Below are positions 10,219 to 19,002 of a DNA stretch of 58,687 bases, in pieces. Numbering within the stretch: the first letter of the stretch is position 1; each line of letters opens with the position of its first letter. The notes beneath the pieces were generated by a model. The model saw only the letters and a program-made list of their open reading frames with translations, did not search any database and was not told where the DNA came from. The translations under genes and the position numbers were made by a program. Source of the DNA: Thermodesulfobacteriota bacterium (GTDB taxonomy: Bacteria > Desulfobacterota > BSN033 > UBA1163); assembly GCA_049684675.1 (NCBI GenBank), contig JBAVGF010000308.1, positions 1-58,687 of the forward strand, in the 5' to 3' direction.

Positions 10219-10373
10219 CTGGGGTCAACTCTTTTTTTTGGAAAGGCACACCATTTTTGATTGGAGAAAATTAAGGAGTGGCTCATCGGCCACTCTCTCG
10301 CTATCGATCGTGATTCATTTGGATCGACGTGTTGGAAAATGGTGATCTTGGCTTTTTTATGTAGTCTAAATGC

Positions 10374-12377
10374 ATGGTGGACTCGGAAAGCAGGAAACTT
10401 ATTATTAGGAGAGATCGAAGAAACAGGTCACCCGTCCTACTCTACGGTATCCTTTTTTCAGTTCTACTTTTTTTTATAAATCTTGCCAAACCCACCTTTA
10501 CTGACTTCCTTCATAATCGAGTTTACGACTCCCTGCTGTCCGCCCACACAGGGAAGCCCTCTTCTGTTCCTGTCATCGTTGACATAGATGAAAAAAGCCT
10601 CAAACAATACGGCCAATGGCCCTGGCCGCGCTATCGGATCGCAATCCTGGTGGACAAACTCAGAAATCTTGGGGCTTTGAGCATTGGCCTTGATATGCTA
10701 TTCGCAGAAGAAGACAGAACTTCGCTTTATTCGATAAGAAGGGAGATTCTGCATGACTTTGGAGTCGATCTCGGATTCAAAGAGGTTCCCCAAGGGCTCA
10801 GAGACAATGACCGGAGGCTAGCGGAGGCTCTTTCAAGAGGCCCCCTTCTGTTAGGTTATCAATTCCTCTTCGAAGAAGGTTCTGATTCGGAGGACTGTTT
10901 GTTACATCCATTACGTGTCAACAAAATGGGACACGACAAGGCGGAAAGGGATCCACCGCTGTTCATTCATGCCCGCGGTGTATCCTGTAACCTAAAGATG
11001 TTTTCCGAGGCTGTGGCTGGATCCGGTTTCTTCAATGTTTCGCCGGACTCAGATGGCATCCTGAGACGCGTGCCCTTGATCATTGAACACGGAGGCAAAT
11101 TGTATCCAAGCCTCGGGTTAGTAACACTGATGAAGGCTCTGGGTGTACGTGACGTCCTTCTGAAGACCGGCACGAGTGGTGTGGAGGCATTATATCTAAA
11201 CCAAACGGCTGTCCCCCTTACGTCAAAAGGGAGTATGCTAATCCGTTTTCGCGGGAAAGGTAAAACCTTTGACTATGTCTCAGCGGCAGACATCCTTTCC
11301 GATCGCATCCCGGATGGGAAGATACGAGGGAAAATAGTGTTCGTTGGAACCTCTGCGTCGGGATTGAAAGAGCTCAAGTCCACCCCTTTCGATCCCGTTT
11401 TTCCGGGGGTGGAGGTTCACGCAACCGTTGTTGATAATATCCTAAAAAAGGATTTCCTCTCTCGACCGAAATGGGCCGCGGGCCTGGAGTCTGTTGGAAT
11501 GTTAGTGTTAGGCTTGCTTTCGGCATTTATTCTGGCTTGGACTGGAGCCCGTTGGAGTTCACTTTTCCTTGGAGTCGTCGCAGCGGGTGTGTGGCAGGCC
11601 TCGGTGTGGATGTTTCGAAACGAAGGCATCTTCATTTCACCGGTTTTACCCTTGATCGTCTTGGGGTGTAATTTTTCCTTCATTACTTTCTTCAGATTCT
11701 GGCAGGAGGAGAAGAGGGTGAAAGAGCGAACTCGCGAGCTTGCAATGGTTCAGGAGGCAACCATTGAAAGCATGTCCTCGCTGACCGAAACGCGGGATCC
11801 GGATACAGGTGGGCACATTAAACGGACTCAGAGCTATATCCGGCTTCTCGCCGACTACTTGAAAAAACAACCCAGATTCATTCGATTCCTGGACGATGAA
11901 GCCATCGACCTGTTGTGCAAGTCCGCCCCGCTCCACGATATTGGCAAGGTCGGGGTTTCAGATAGAATCTTGCTGAAGCCCGGCAAGCTGACCGAACAAG
12001 AATTTGAAGAAATGAAACAACATACGGTTTACGGCCGCGATACCATCCTTGTTGCCGAAAGAAAGCTTGGAAATACTTCCTTTCTGCGGATTGCTCGTGA
12101 AATTGCTTACACCCACCATGAACGGTGGGACGGGTCTGGATATCCGGAGGGTCTCAGGGAAGAGCAAATTCCAGTACCAGGCAGACTCATGGCTTTGGTC
12201 GACACCTACGACGCGTTGACGAGTAAACGGGTCTACAAATCTCAGATCCCTCATGAAAAGGCCGTCCAGATCATCATCGAAGCAAAAGGGACACAGTTTG
12301 ATCCAGCCGTGGTTGACGCCTTCTTAGAGGTCAAAGAGGATTTCCGCCGGATCGCGCTGAGATATGCTGACGCTTAG
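10374..12377 (+). CDS. CHASE2 sensor fused to an HD-GYP (c-di-GMP phosphodiesterase-type) output domain
   Basis: 667-aa ORF with an N-terminal TM segment and a periplasmic region carrying CHASE2-like blocks (VIVDIDEKSLKQYGQWPWPR, FFNVSPDSDGILRRVPL). A cluster of TM helices around aa 365-440 is followed by an HD-GYP domain (APLHDIGKVGV ... HHERWDGSGYPEGL). Confidence 0.85.
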   Translation: MVDSESRKLIIRRDRRNRSPVLLYGILFSVLLFFINLAKPTFTDFLHNRVYDSLLSAHTGKPSSVPVIVDIDEKSLKQYGQWPWPRYRIAILVDKLRNLGALSIGLDMLFAEEDRTSLYSIRREILHDFGVDLGFKEVPQGLRDNDRRLAEALSRGPLLLGYQFLFEEGSDSEDCLLHPLRVNKMGHDKAERDPPLFIHARGVSCNLKMFSEAVAGSGFFNVSPDSDGILRRVPLIIEHGGKLYPSLGLVTLMKALGVRDVLLKTGTSGVEALYLNQTAVPLTSKGSMLIRFRGKGKTFDYVSAADILSDRIPDGKIRGKIVFVGTSASGLKELKSTPFDPVFPGVEVHATVVDNILKKDFLSRPKWAAGLESVGMLVLGLLSAFILAWTGARWSSLFLGVVAAGVWQASVWMFRNEGIFISPVLPLIVLGCNFSFITFFRFWQEEKRVKERTRELAMVQEATIESMSSLTETRDPDTGGHIKRTQSYIRLLADYLKKQPRFIRFLDDEAIDLLCKSAPLHDIGKVGVSDRILLKPGKLTEQEFEEMKQHTVYGRDTILVAERKLGNTSFLRIAREIAYTHHERWDGSGYPEGLREEQIPVPGRLMALVDTYDALTSKRVYKSQIPHEKAVQIIIEAKGTQFDPAVVDAFLEVKEDFRRIALRYADA

Positions 12378-12638
12378 AGAGAAAATTGGCAGAGAAAGCA
12401 TTTTCGCAATTTCCATTTTCTCCTTCCAAAAGGATGATCAGGGCAAAACCTCCCGGCTTCACTTTTCGATGAGATGTACAGCGAACGGCCTGCGTCAGAA
12501 AATAGCGAGTCTTGTAAGGATTGGAGAGTTTTTTGCTCATCACGTAAGCAGGCAGAGTCGACCATTTTTTGCGTTCGACGGCAGGGAGAATGCATTGATG
12601 TCCTCCACTCTCTTCATAGCGGGAGGGGAAAAAATTCG

Positions 12639-12812
12639 TTAGTACCTATGGTGCATATCGTCCCGATCGTAATGGTGCGAATCATCCCTATCGTGATAGT
12701 GCCGGTCATCACGATCGCGATAGTAATCCCGATCATGATGTATATAGCATCCGGTCAGAGCTGATATCGAGAACAATACGATGATTAACCATTTTATTAG
12801 CTTAGCGTCCAT
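12639..12812 (-). CDS. 57-aa His/Asp/Arg/Tyr-rich small lipoprotein (below the ORF-track size cutoff)
   Basis: Hand translation gives MDAKLIKWLIIVLFSISALTGCYIHHDRDYYRDRDDRHYHDRDDSHHYDRDDMHHRY*. GGAGGGA lies 5 nt upstream of ATG 12812. Lipobox ALTGC. The mature part is a low-complexity (H/Y)(H)DRDD repeat. Confidence 0.6.
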   Translation of the reverse strand: MDAKLIKWLIIVLFSISALTGCYIHHDRDYYRDRDDRHYHDRDDSHHYDRDDMHHRY

Positions 12813-13081
12813 CGGATTCCCTCCTTAATTATCTAAATATAAGCACGTACGCACAAGCTGTCAAAGTGAGAAGGCGGACGTAGGTTCTGAAATAACTTAT
12901 TTTGCTTGCAAGAAAATCTGGGGGGGAGACTTAACGATTTCCTTTCAGGGGCGCCTCCTTTTATTGGACGAAGTTTCAAACAACCTGTTCCAATCCGATC
13001 TGCCTCTTTAGATCTTTCAGAAAATATCCATTTCTTCTTCTCACCCCCTGATCTGCAGAAAGCGCATTTTTGCGATTCCCC

Positions 13082-13106
13082 AAGAAAACCGGGGTCAGAA
13101 AACCCC
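13082..13106 (-). terminator. Candidate intrinsic terminator after the 92-aa His-rich lipoprotein gene
   Basis: The minus strand reads GGGGT-TTTCTG-ACCCC followed by GGTTTTCTT, 17 nt downstream of the stop at 13123. Confidence 0.5.
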
Positions 13107-13122
13107 TGCCTTCGTTTGGCGA

Positions 13123-13401
13123 TCAAGAGCGCCCCCTCCCGCCGTGACCACCACCGCGGTGACCCCCATCAAAATGACCACTAAAATGACGGCCGCCAAA
13201 GTGACGATCAAAGTGGCCATCATGACGGAAATGATGAAAATCATCGAAATCATGATGGAACGAAAAGGTGCCATAAGGGTAATATCCATAATCGGAATAA
13301 TATGGATAATCAGGATACCCATAGGTGGCATACCCTACACAACCCGACAATGCCAACGCGAACAGAACCATAAGCACCATCAGCATTTTTTTGATATTCA
13401 T
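13123..13401 (-). CDS. 92-aa Tyr/Gly then His/Phe/Asp/Gly/Arg-rich small lipoprotein
   Basis: Signal peptide plus lipobox MNIKKMLMVLMVLFALALSGC. The mature part is YGYPDYPYYSDYGYYPYG followed by HHDFDDFHHFRHDGHFDRHFGGRHFSGHFDGGHRGGGHGGRGRS. Confidence 0.7.
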   Translation of the reverse strand: MNIKKMLMVLMVLFALALSGCVGYATYGYPDYPYYSDYGYYPYGTFSFHHDFDDFHHFRHDGHFDRHFGGRHFSGHFDGGHRGGGHGGRGRS

Positions 13402-13488
13402 AACATCACATCCTTTCTATTCCCTTCCACTTTCGGTATCTTCAAAAATCTAATACCATCCATACTCTCTTTCCCTAATACAAGTTTA

Positions 13489-13524
13489 AAACATTTGTTT
13501 TAACAATTCAAACATTTGTTTTAA
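13489..13524. promoter_or_regulatory. Perfect 15-nt direct repeat AAACATTTGTTTTAA x2 with 21-bp period; candidate regulator binding sites
   Basis: The copies are at 13489-13503 and 13510-13524. Each contains the near-palindrome AAACAT/TTGTTT. They lie in the divergent intergenic region between the lipoprotein gene (start 13401, minus) and the acyl-CoA synthetase-like gene (start 13672, plus). Confidence 0.4.
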
Positions 13525-13671
13525 TGGTCACTCTGATTTTACATATTTGGCCTCTTCGATCGGCAGAGAGAGAGGAAAAGCCTCGGCAAAGCTATTGACC
13601 CTGCCTCCCATATGGGATAAACAATAGAAAGCTGGAATTTCTCAAGAGTGATGTTTCGGGGAGTGAGTCTG

Positions 13672-15060
13672 ATGTCAGCGGGTCACCTAAGGAATTTTTT
13701 TGAACCAAAGGGCGTCGCGATTGTGGGAGCCCGAAGGTCTTTCGGTTTCGGGTATGGTATCCCCCTTTTTCTACAGAAACAGGGCTGGGGGAATCGCCTC
13801 TATCTTGTCAATCCTGCGGGCGGGAAGCTACACGGCCAGAAAGTTTACAACCGAGTTCAGGAAATCCCTGAACTTCTTGATCTGGCCGTTGTGATCGTTC
13901 CTGCTGAGGCCGTTCCTGGCGTGATGGAAGAAATCGGAGAGCGGGGGATCAAACATGTCATCGTCGAGACCGCTGGTTTTGCTGAAACGGGTGAGAGCGG
14001 CATGGCCTTGCAGGCAAGGGTGAAGGCCATTGCCGTTCAATACGGGATGCGGGTCATCGGCCCGAACTGCGTGGGCGTGATCAATACGGAAAATGGATTT
14101 GCCTCAGTGGAACTCATTGAAGAGGCCCTGACTCCGGGACCTGTCTCGGTGATTGCACAGAGCGGAGTTTTCGGGAATATCTTGCTCGACCATCTCCCCC
14201 AGTACGGTCTTTTCGTTTCAAAAGCGGTTACGCTGGGCAATCGTGTGGACGTCGATGAATCGGAAATGCTGGACTATCTCAACGAAGATCGCTTCACACG
14301 AGTCATCATGGTCTATCTTGAAGGAGCCGCGAACGGCCCGCGTTTAATGAAGTCCCTCACCAAGGTGACTCGGCATAAGCCTGTTGTGATATTAAAAAGC
14401 GGCAGAACTCAAACCGGCAAACAGGCGACGGCCTCCCATACCGGGTCCATGTCAGGACAGGATCATATCTATGATGCCGCATTCGCTCAGACCGGGGCGA
14501 TTCGAGCGAAAAGCCTTTCCGAGCTGATCGATCTGGCTCGGGTATTCGCCACCCAACCATTTCCCAGGGGCAATCGCCTTGGCATTATCACGACAAGTGG
14601 AAGCCTGGGAGCTCTGGCAACGGATGCTGCCGTCTCCGGTGGACTCACTGTCCCTCCCCTTTCCTCCTTCACAGTGAATCAAGCGCGAGGCATATCGCCG
14701 GGCTGGATGAATGTCAGAAACCCGCTCGATCTTGGCCCTTCGCAGAACTTCCGTCGACTCTTGCCGATGCTGCTGGCTGATTCACAGATTGATATGGTGC
14801 TTGCGATTATGGTCATCCCGTATGCAGCTGTCAGGAATCTCAAGAGCGCTGGAGTCACTGTCAGGGATTCGTTTGGAGATATCGCATCGATTCGTGACCA
14901 ACATCCGGAGAAGCCTCTGGTCGGTGTGGTCGTCGGTCACCCCCAGTTTGTAGAAGATATCTCTTCCCTTTGCGGCCCGTCCACACCCGTCTTCGATTCG
15001 CCGGAACCGGCAGCGAAGGCCCTCGCGACGATGTGGCGTTATTCAAGAACACATTCGTAG
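13672..15060 (+). CDS. ADP-forming acyl-CoA synthetase alpha-like protein (CoA-binding plus CoA-ligase domains only)
   Basis: FFEPKGVAIVGA CoA-binding Rossmann start. The phospho-histidine loop TASHTGSMSG matches succinyl-CoA synthetase alpha and acetyl-CoA synthetase (ADP-forming). GGGGAG lies about 8 nt upstream of ATG 13672; the track's start at 13648 is an upstream extension. Confidence 0.75.
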   Translation: MSAGHLRNFFEPKGVAIVGARRSFGFGYGIPLFLQKQGWGNRLYLVNPAGGKLHGQKVYNRVQEIPELLDLAVVIVPAEAVPGVMEEIGERGIKHVIVETAGFAETGESGMALQARVKAIAVQYGMRVIGPNCVGVINTENGFASVELIEEALTPGPVSVIAQSGVFGNILLDHLPQYGLFVSKAVTLGNRVDVDESEMLDYLNEDRFTRVIMVYLEGAANGPRLMKSLTKVTRHKPVVILKSGRTQTGKQATASHTGSMSGQDHIYDAAFAQTGAIRAKSLSELIDLARVFATQPFPRGNRLGIITTSGSLGALATDAAVSGGLTVPPLSSFTVNQARGISPGWMNVRNPLDLGPSQNFRRLLPMLLADSQIDMVLAIMVIPYAAVRNLKSAGVTVRDSFGDIASIRDQHPEKPLVGVVVGHPQFVEDISSLCGPSTPVFDSPEPAAKALATMWRYSRTHS

Positions 15061-15063
15061 GAT

Positions 15064-15104
15064 CGGGAAAACCCTCAGTGATCGTGCTGAAGGATATTTT
15101 CCCG
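15064..15104. terminator. Hairpin between convergent genes (possible bidirectional terminator)
   Basis: CGGGAAAA (15064-15071) pairs with TTTTCCCG (15097-15104), and inner CCCTCAG/CTGAAGG pairing is possible. There is no clean trailing T-run. Confidence 0.3.
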
Positions 15105-15146
15105 TCGGAGCATCATTCACAAAAATGCCTGCGAGAGAGCTTTATC

Positions 15147-15347
15147 TTAACTGATTATTCTCACGTTGGTGGCTTGGGGACCCTTGGGGCCCTGGGTCAC
15201 TTCAAATTCAACTTCATCGCCTTCTTTAAGGGATTTGAAGCCCTCTCCCTGAATGGCGGAGTGGTGGACAAACACGTCCTTCTCGCCCTCAACTTCGATA
15301 AATCCAAAGCCCTTTCGATCGTTGAACCATTTAACTTTTCCTGTCAT
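15147..15347 (-). CDS. csp: Cold-shock protein, CspA family
   Basis: [32 protein letters not shown] carries the RNP1 (KGFGFI) and RNP2 (VFVHH) motifs. GGAGG lies 4 nt upstream of ATG 15347. The track's start at 15392 adds 15 unlikely residues. Confidence 0.92.
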   Translation of the reverse strand: MTGKVKWFNDRKGFGFIEVEGEKDVFVHHSAIQGEGFKSLKEGDEVEFEVTQGPKGPQATNVRIIS

Positions 15348-15476
15348 TGGAACCTCCATTAAGTTAAAAACCGCAGATCTAATGAGACACAAAAATATTT
15401 CCGCCTTTTTTCCGTTGCACTTTAAAAAAACAATAATTTTCGTTCTGCCCGGTATCTGGATCTGGGGGAGACAAAA

Positions 15477-15701
15477 TCAATACAAGCCTCCCCCGCCCGG
15501 ATTATATCCTCCTTTAGGCACGCAAAACGCATCCTGGACAGCAGCCCGCGCCCGCAGGCGGTCTTTTTCCGAAATGTCCTTCAAGTCGTGTATGGCTCGG
15601 GCATGATCGACCGCGGTCTTTAATACCTCCTCCGCATTCTCCCCACATGCCTCGAAGTCGCAATCAACACCTAGATCCCTGCATCTCAGAAGCTTTTCCA
15701 T
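15477..15701 (-). CDS. DUF1059-like small protein
   Basis: From Met31 of the track ORF: MEKLLRCRDLGVDCDFEACGENAEEVLKTAVDHARAIHDLK, the pattern of DUF1059 small Cys-containing proteins. The start choice is uncertain. Confidence 0.55.
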   Translation of the reverse strand: MEKLLRCRDLGVDCDFEACGENAEEVLKTAVDHARAIHDLKDISEKDRLRARAAVQDAFCVPKGGYNPGGGGLY

Positions 15702-15835
15702 CGTAACTCTCTTTCTGCCCCTGACGGCCGAAAAAACGGGGCAAGTCCCATCTTTCAGTGTAAAATTAATCATTCCTTCTCCCGAAGACAAGCTTTAGGA
15801 AGAAGCAACGCCAAAGTGATGATCCTATCCGCCTG

Positions 15836-16846
15836 TCACAGCGGGAAATGACAGGCGACCTGATGGGCGCCGCCTATGTCCTTCAACTGCGGCTCGGTGG
15901 CAGGGTCGGTACAGAGCGCCGGTTTTCCCTTGGACTCGTATACCGGACACCTTGGGGCGAAGCGACAGCCGGAGGTCGGCCGCTCGAAATCGAATACGCC
16001 CCACCGACCCGCCTGGATGCTCCTGGCCTTTTGTGCGGTCTCTATGTTCTGTTTTTCGACCAGCGAAGACCAGAGGATATGGGTGTAGGGGTGCATCGCC
16101 TTATTCGCAATCCGGCCGGAAAGCCCTATCTCCACGATCTTACCCAGATACATCACCGCCACCTTATGGCTGATCAGTTCTACCACCCGAAGGTCATGCG
16201 AGATGAAGAGGTACGAGAGCCCGAGGCGCTTCTGAAGGTCCTGGAGCAGGTTCACAACCTGAGCCTGGATGGATACGTCGAGGGCGCTCGTGGGTTCGTC
16301 GGCAACAATGAATTTCGCGCCGACGGAGAGCACTCTGGCCAAGCCGACCCGCCTTTTTTCGCCGCCCGAGAGCTCATGTGGGAAGTTGGAGAGCTTGCTC
16401 TTTTTGAGGCTCACTTGTTCGAGCAGATCGCTTATACGCCTGTCCGCCTCGGCACCGCCGATCTTATGATGCACGGTGATCGCTTCGGAGAGAATATTGC
16501 GGATACGCATCTTGGGATTGAGCGCCGCGTCCAGGTCCTGGAAGATCATCTGCATCTGGCCCCGGAGCAGCGTGAGTTCGTCAGCCGGGAGGCTAGTGAT
16601 GTCTTTTCCGTCGAAGATGACCTTTCCGGATGTCGGTTTTTCCAACCGCAGGATAGTCCTGCCAACGGTTGTCTTGCCGCAGCCGGATTCGCCGACCAGC
16701 CCCACGGTCTCGTTCTCCTTGAGATAAAAACTCACCCCGTCCACCGCGGGGATGGACTGCTGCCTATCCCTGAAGGAGGAGAAGAGCCCCTTCCGGTGGG
16801 TAAAATGTTTCTTGAGGTTTATGACCTCGAGGATCGTCTTCGGCAT
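15836..16846 (-). CDS. Oligopeptide/dipeptide ABC transporter ATPase (OppF/DppF type)
   Basis: Walker A GESGCGKTT, signature LSGGEKRR, Walker B FIVADEPTSALD, and a C-terminal Opp-type Cys-containing extension. Probable start MPKTILEVINLKKHF at 16846. Confidence 0.88.
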   Translation of the reverse strand: MPKTILEVINLKKHFTHRKGLFSSFRDRQQSIPAVDGVSFYLKENETVGLVGESGCGKTTVGRTILRLEKPTSGKVIFDGKDITSLPADELTLLRGQMQMIFQDLDAALNPKMRIRNILSEAITVHHKIGGAEADRRISDLLEQVSLKKSKLSNFPHELSGGEKRRVGLARVLSVGAKFIVADEPTSALDVSIQAQVVNLLQDLQKRLGLSYLFISHDLRVVELISHKVAVMYLGKIVEIGLSGRIANKAMHPYTHILWSSLVEKQNIETAQKARSIQAGRWGVFDFERPTSGCRFAPRCPVYESKGKPALCTDPATEPQLKDIGGAHQVACHFPL

Positions 16847-16920
16847 AAGAACCTTTATCTCAATGCAGCCGTAAAGCGCCAAAACAGACTTGGCGGATCT
16901 GTTCAATGCGCCGGCAAGGT

Positions 16921-18021
16921 TTAATCAAAATACAACCAGCACCTCACCTTATATCCCGACCCGATCTCTCGAAGATCAGGCTCATGGCGTATGCATTTCT
17001 CTCGAAGCCTCTCCGTCACCCGGCTGCATCGGCTGTAAAACCTGCACCCCTCAGGGATATTGATGGTGTCAAGCACGTCGCCCTCGATGGCCTGGAGATA
17101 TCCCTTCTCCCTGATGTTCTGTGCGCTCGGGATGGATGCGAGGAGCGCCGATGTATAGGGATGTTTTGCCTCCTCCCCTTTTGACAGGATGTGTCTTGCC
17201 GGTCCGTACTCGAACACGGTGCCGCCGTACATGACGGCAACGCTGTCAGAAAGCCGCGAGAGGATGCTGATGTCGTGGCTGATTAGCATGGTCGTGATGC
17301 CAAGCTCGGACTTGAGCTCCCCGAGGAGATCGACGATCTTTGACTGGATCGTGGCGTCGAGGCCTGTTGTCGGCTCGTCCGCGATCAGGAGCGACGGTTC
17401 AGAGGCCAGGGCCATTGCGATCATGATCCGCTGACACATGCCGCCCGAGAGGCCGTAGGGATAATGGTCGAACCTGAGGCGAGGCGAGTCGATCTTCACC
17501 CGGTCGAGCCAGGTGAGGGCGCGCTCCTTAGCCTCCGGCTCGGTTTTTATGGATGTGTGGAGCCGGATGGCCTCGGTGATCTGTTTTCCGACGGGCGAGA
17601 AGGGGTTGAGCGACGACCCGGGATTCTGGAAGGTCATGGCGATCTCCTTGCCCCGCACCTTGTCCATGACGCGCTCGGCCTTCCGCTCCCAACCCACGAC
17701 ATCCTTGCTTACCTCCATGATCTTACCGTCCCTCATCGTGAGCTTCACGAAGTCCTTCAGGTCCTCGAGCAGGTTCTTCTGGATCCGGTCGGACTTGAGC
17801 TCGATCTTCCCGCTGATCACACCCGGCCCCGCGCCGATGAGCCCCAGAACCGACAGGGCGGTGATGCTTTTGCCGCTGCCGCTCTCGCCGACAACACCGA
17901 GCGTCTCCCCTTTCATGATCTCAAGGCTGACCCCATCCACGGAGCGGATGAAGGCCTGCTTGCTGCGGGAGTAGAAATAGGTGCGAAGGTCCTCAATCTT
18001 CAGGATCGGTACCGTTGTCAT
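16921..18021 (-). CDS. Oligopeptide/dipeptide ABC transporter ATPase (OppD/DppD type)
   Basis: Walker A GESGSGKS, signature LSGGMCQR, Walker B LLIADEPTTGLD. The real start MTTVPILKIEDL at 18021 overlaps the upstream permease stop (ATGA). The track's 90-aa N-terminal extension lies inside the permease gene. Confidence 0.88.
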   Translation of the reverse strand: MTTVPILKIEDLRTYFYSRSKQAFIRSVDGVSLEIMKGETLGVVGESGSGKSITALSVLGLIGAGPGVISGKIELKSDRIQKNLLEDLKDFVKLTMRDGKIMEVSKDVVGWERKAERVMDKVRGKEIAMTFQNPGSSLNPFSPVGKQITEAIRLHTSIKTEPEAKERALTWLDRVKIDSPRLRFDHYPYGLSGGMCQRIMIAMALASEPSLLIADEPTTGLDATIQSKIVDLLGELKSELGITTMLISHDISILSRLSDSVAVMYGGTVFEYGPARHILSKGEEAKHPYTSALLASIPSAQNIREKGYLQAIEGDVLDTINIPEGCRFYSRCSRVTERLREKCIRHEPDLREIGSGYKVRCWLYFD

Positions 18022-18911
18022 GAGCTCCTCTTGCCCTCCAGAATGTTGTTCAGCCCATCGCCGAGGAGGTGGAAACCGAGAATCGTGAACAGGATCGCCA
18101 GGGCAGGCGCGGTGGAGGGCCAGAACTTTCCCTGCATGAAGTAATTGGCCCCTGACTGCACCATATTTCCCCATGACGGCGTAGGCTCCTGCACGCCGAA
18201 CCCGAGGTAGCTGAGCGACGTCTCCATCAGGATGGCTTCTGCCATACCCAGGGTTGCCCGGATGATCAGGAGCGACCTGCAGTTTTGCCACAGGATGTGC
18301 TTCAAGATAATGGTGCTCGTAGGCATCCCCAGGGCGATGTCAGCCTCAATGAAATTTTTCTGTTTCAGGAACTGGATCTTGCCCTTGATGAGCGACGCCA
18401 CGGCCGGAACATTGGTGAGACCGACGACGAGCATAATGTAGTAGATATCGGGCTTGAACGCCGCAATGACGAGCAGGATGAGGACGAGGCGCGGGAAGGA
18501 ATCCACTAGGTTCATGAAATAAGTAATACCTGTCTCGAGCTTCTCACCCCGGTAGCCGGACAGGACACCGAGGGCGGTGCCGACGGAGAGGGCGATGAAG
18601 ATGGCGAGCAGGCCTGGCAGAAAGTAAGCCTGGATGCCTACGATCAGTCGAGAGAGCATGTCGCGTCCCATGAAGTCAGTGCCAAGCAAGCGGCCTGCGG
18701 TGCCCGGCGAGGCCATCATGAGCTGGAGGTCGATTTCCTGCGGATCACGAGGCAGGAGATTGAAGGAGCCGAGGAGGTAGGAGACCATGACGAGTGCGAC
18801 AGTGAGCAGCCCGTAGCCGACGTAAGCTAGGTCGACCCCATCCGCTTTTTTCCAGAACGGCAGGTCCGAGAACTCGCCGATCACGCCGGATTTCTGAAAA
18901 TAATGTTTCAT
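18018..18911 (-). CDS. Opp/Dpp-type ABC permease (OppC/DppC-like)
   Basis: 297-aa ORF with six hydrophobic segments, typical binding-protein-dependent permease organisation, and stop/start overlap with the ATPase gene. Confidence 0.85.
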   Translation of the reverse strand: MKHYFQKSGVIGEFSDLPFWKKADGVDLAYVGYGLLTVALVMVSYLLGSFNLLPRDPQEIDLQLMMASPGTAGRLLGTDFMGRDMLSRLIVGIQAYFLPGLLAIFIALSVGTALGVLSGYRGEKLETGITYFMNLVDSFPRLVLILLVIAAFKPDIYYIMLVVGLTNVPAVASLIKGKIQFLKQKNFIEADIALGMPTSTIILKHILWQNCRSLLIIRATLGMAEAILMETSLSYLGFGVQEPTPSWGNMVQSGANYFMQGKFWPSTAPALAILFTILGFHLLGDGLNNILEGKRSS

Positions 18912-19002
18912 ATTGATACCAAGTCTTCTTTACCGCAAAGGCCCCAAAAACCCGAGGACAAAGCCGGGAAGGTGGCTCCTTCTTCTTTGATTCAGTTTTT
19001 TT

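Noticed and set aside
12474-13503. Plus-strand ORFs 12474-12764 and 13144-13503, rich in Ile/Val/Met/Thr repeats.
   Set aside because: They are mirror frames of the His/Asp/Arg-repeat lipoprotein genes on the minus strand, which have RBS, signal peptide and lipobox. The plus-strand versions lack start context.
16921-18291. N-terminal extensions implied by the track's first-start rule. These affect oppD to 18291, oppF to 16906, oppB to 20095, hdrB-like from 42459, hdrC from 37792, tex from 55666, csp to 15392 and DUF1059 to 15791.
   Set aside because: The extensions overlap upstream genes or lack family similarity. Internal starts have RBS and/or stop-start overlaps and reproduce the canonical N-termini.
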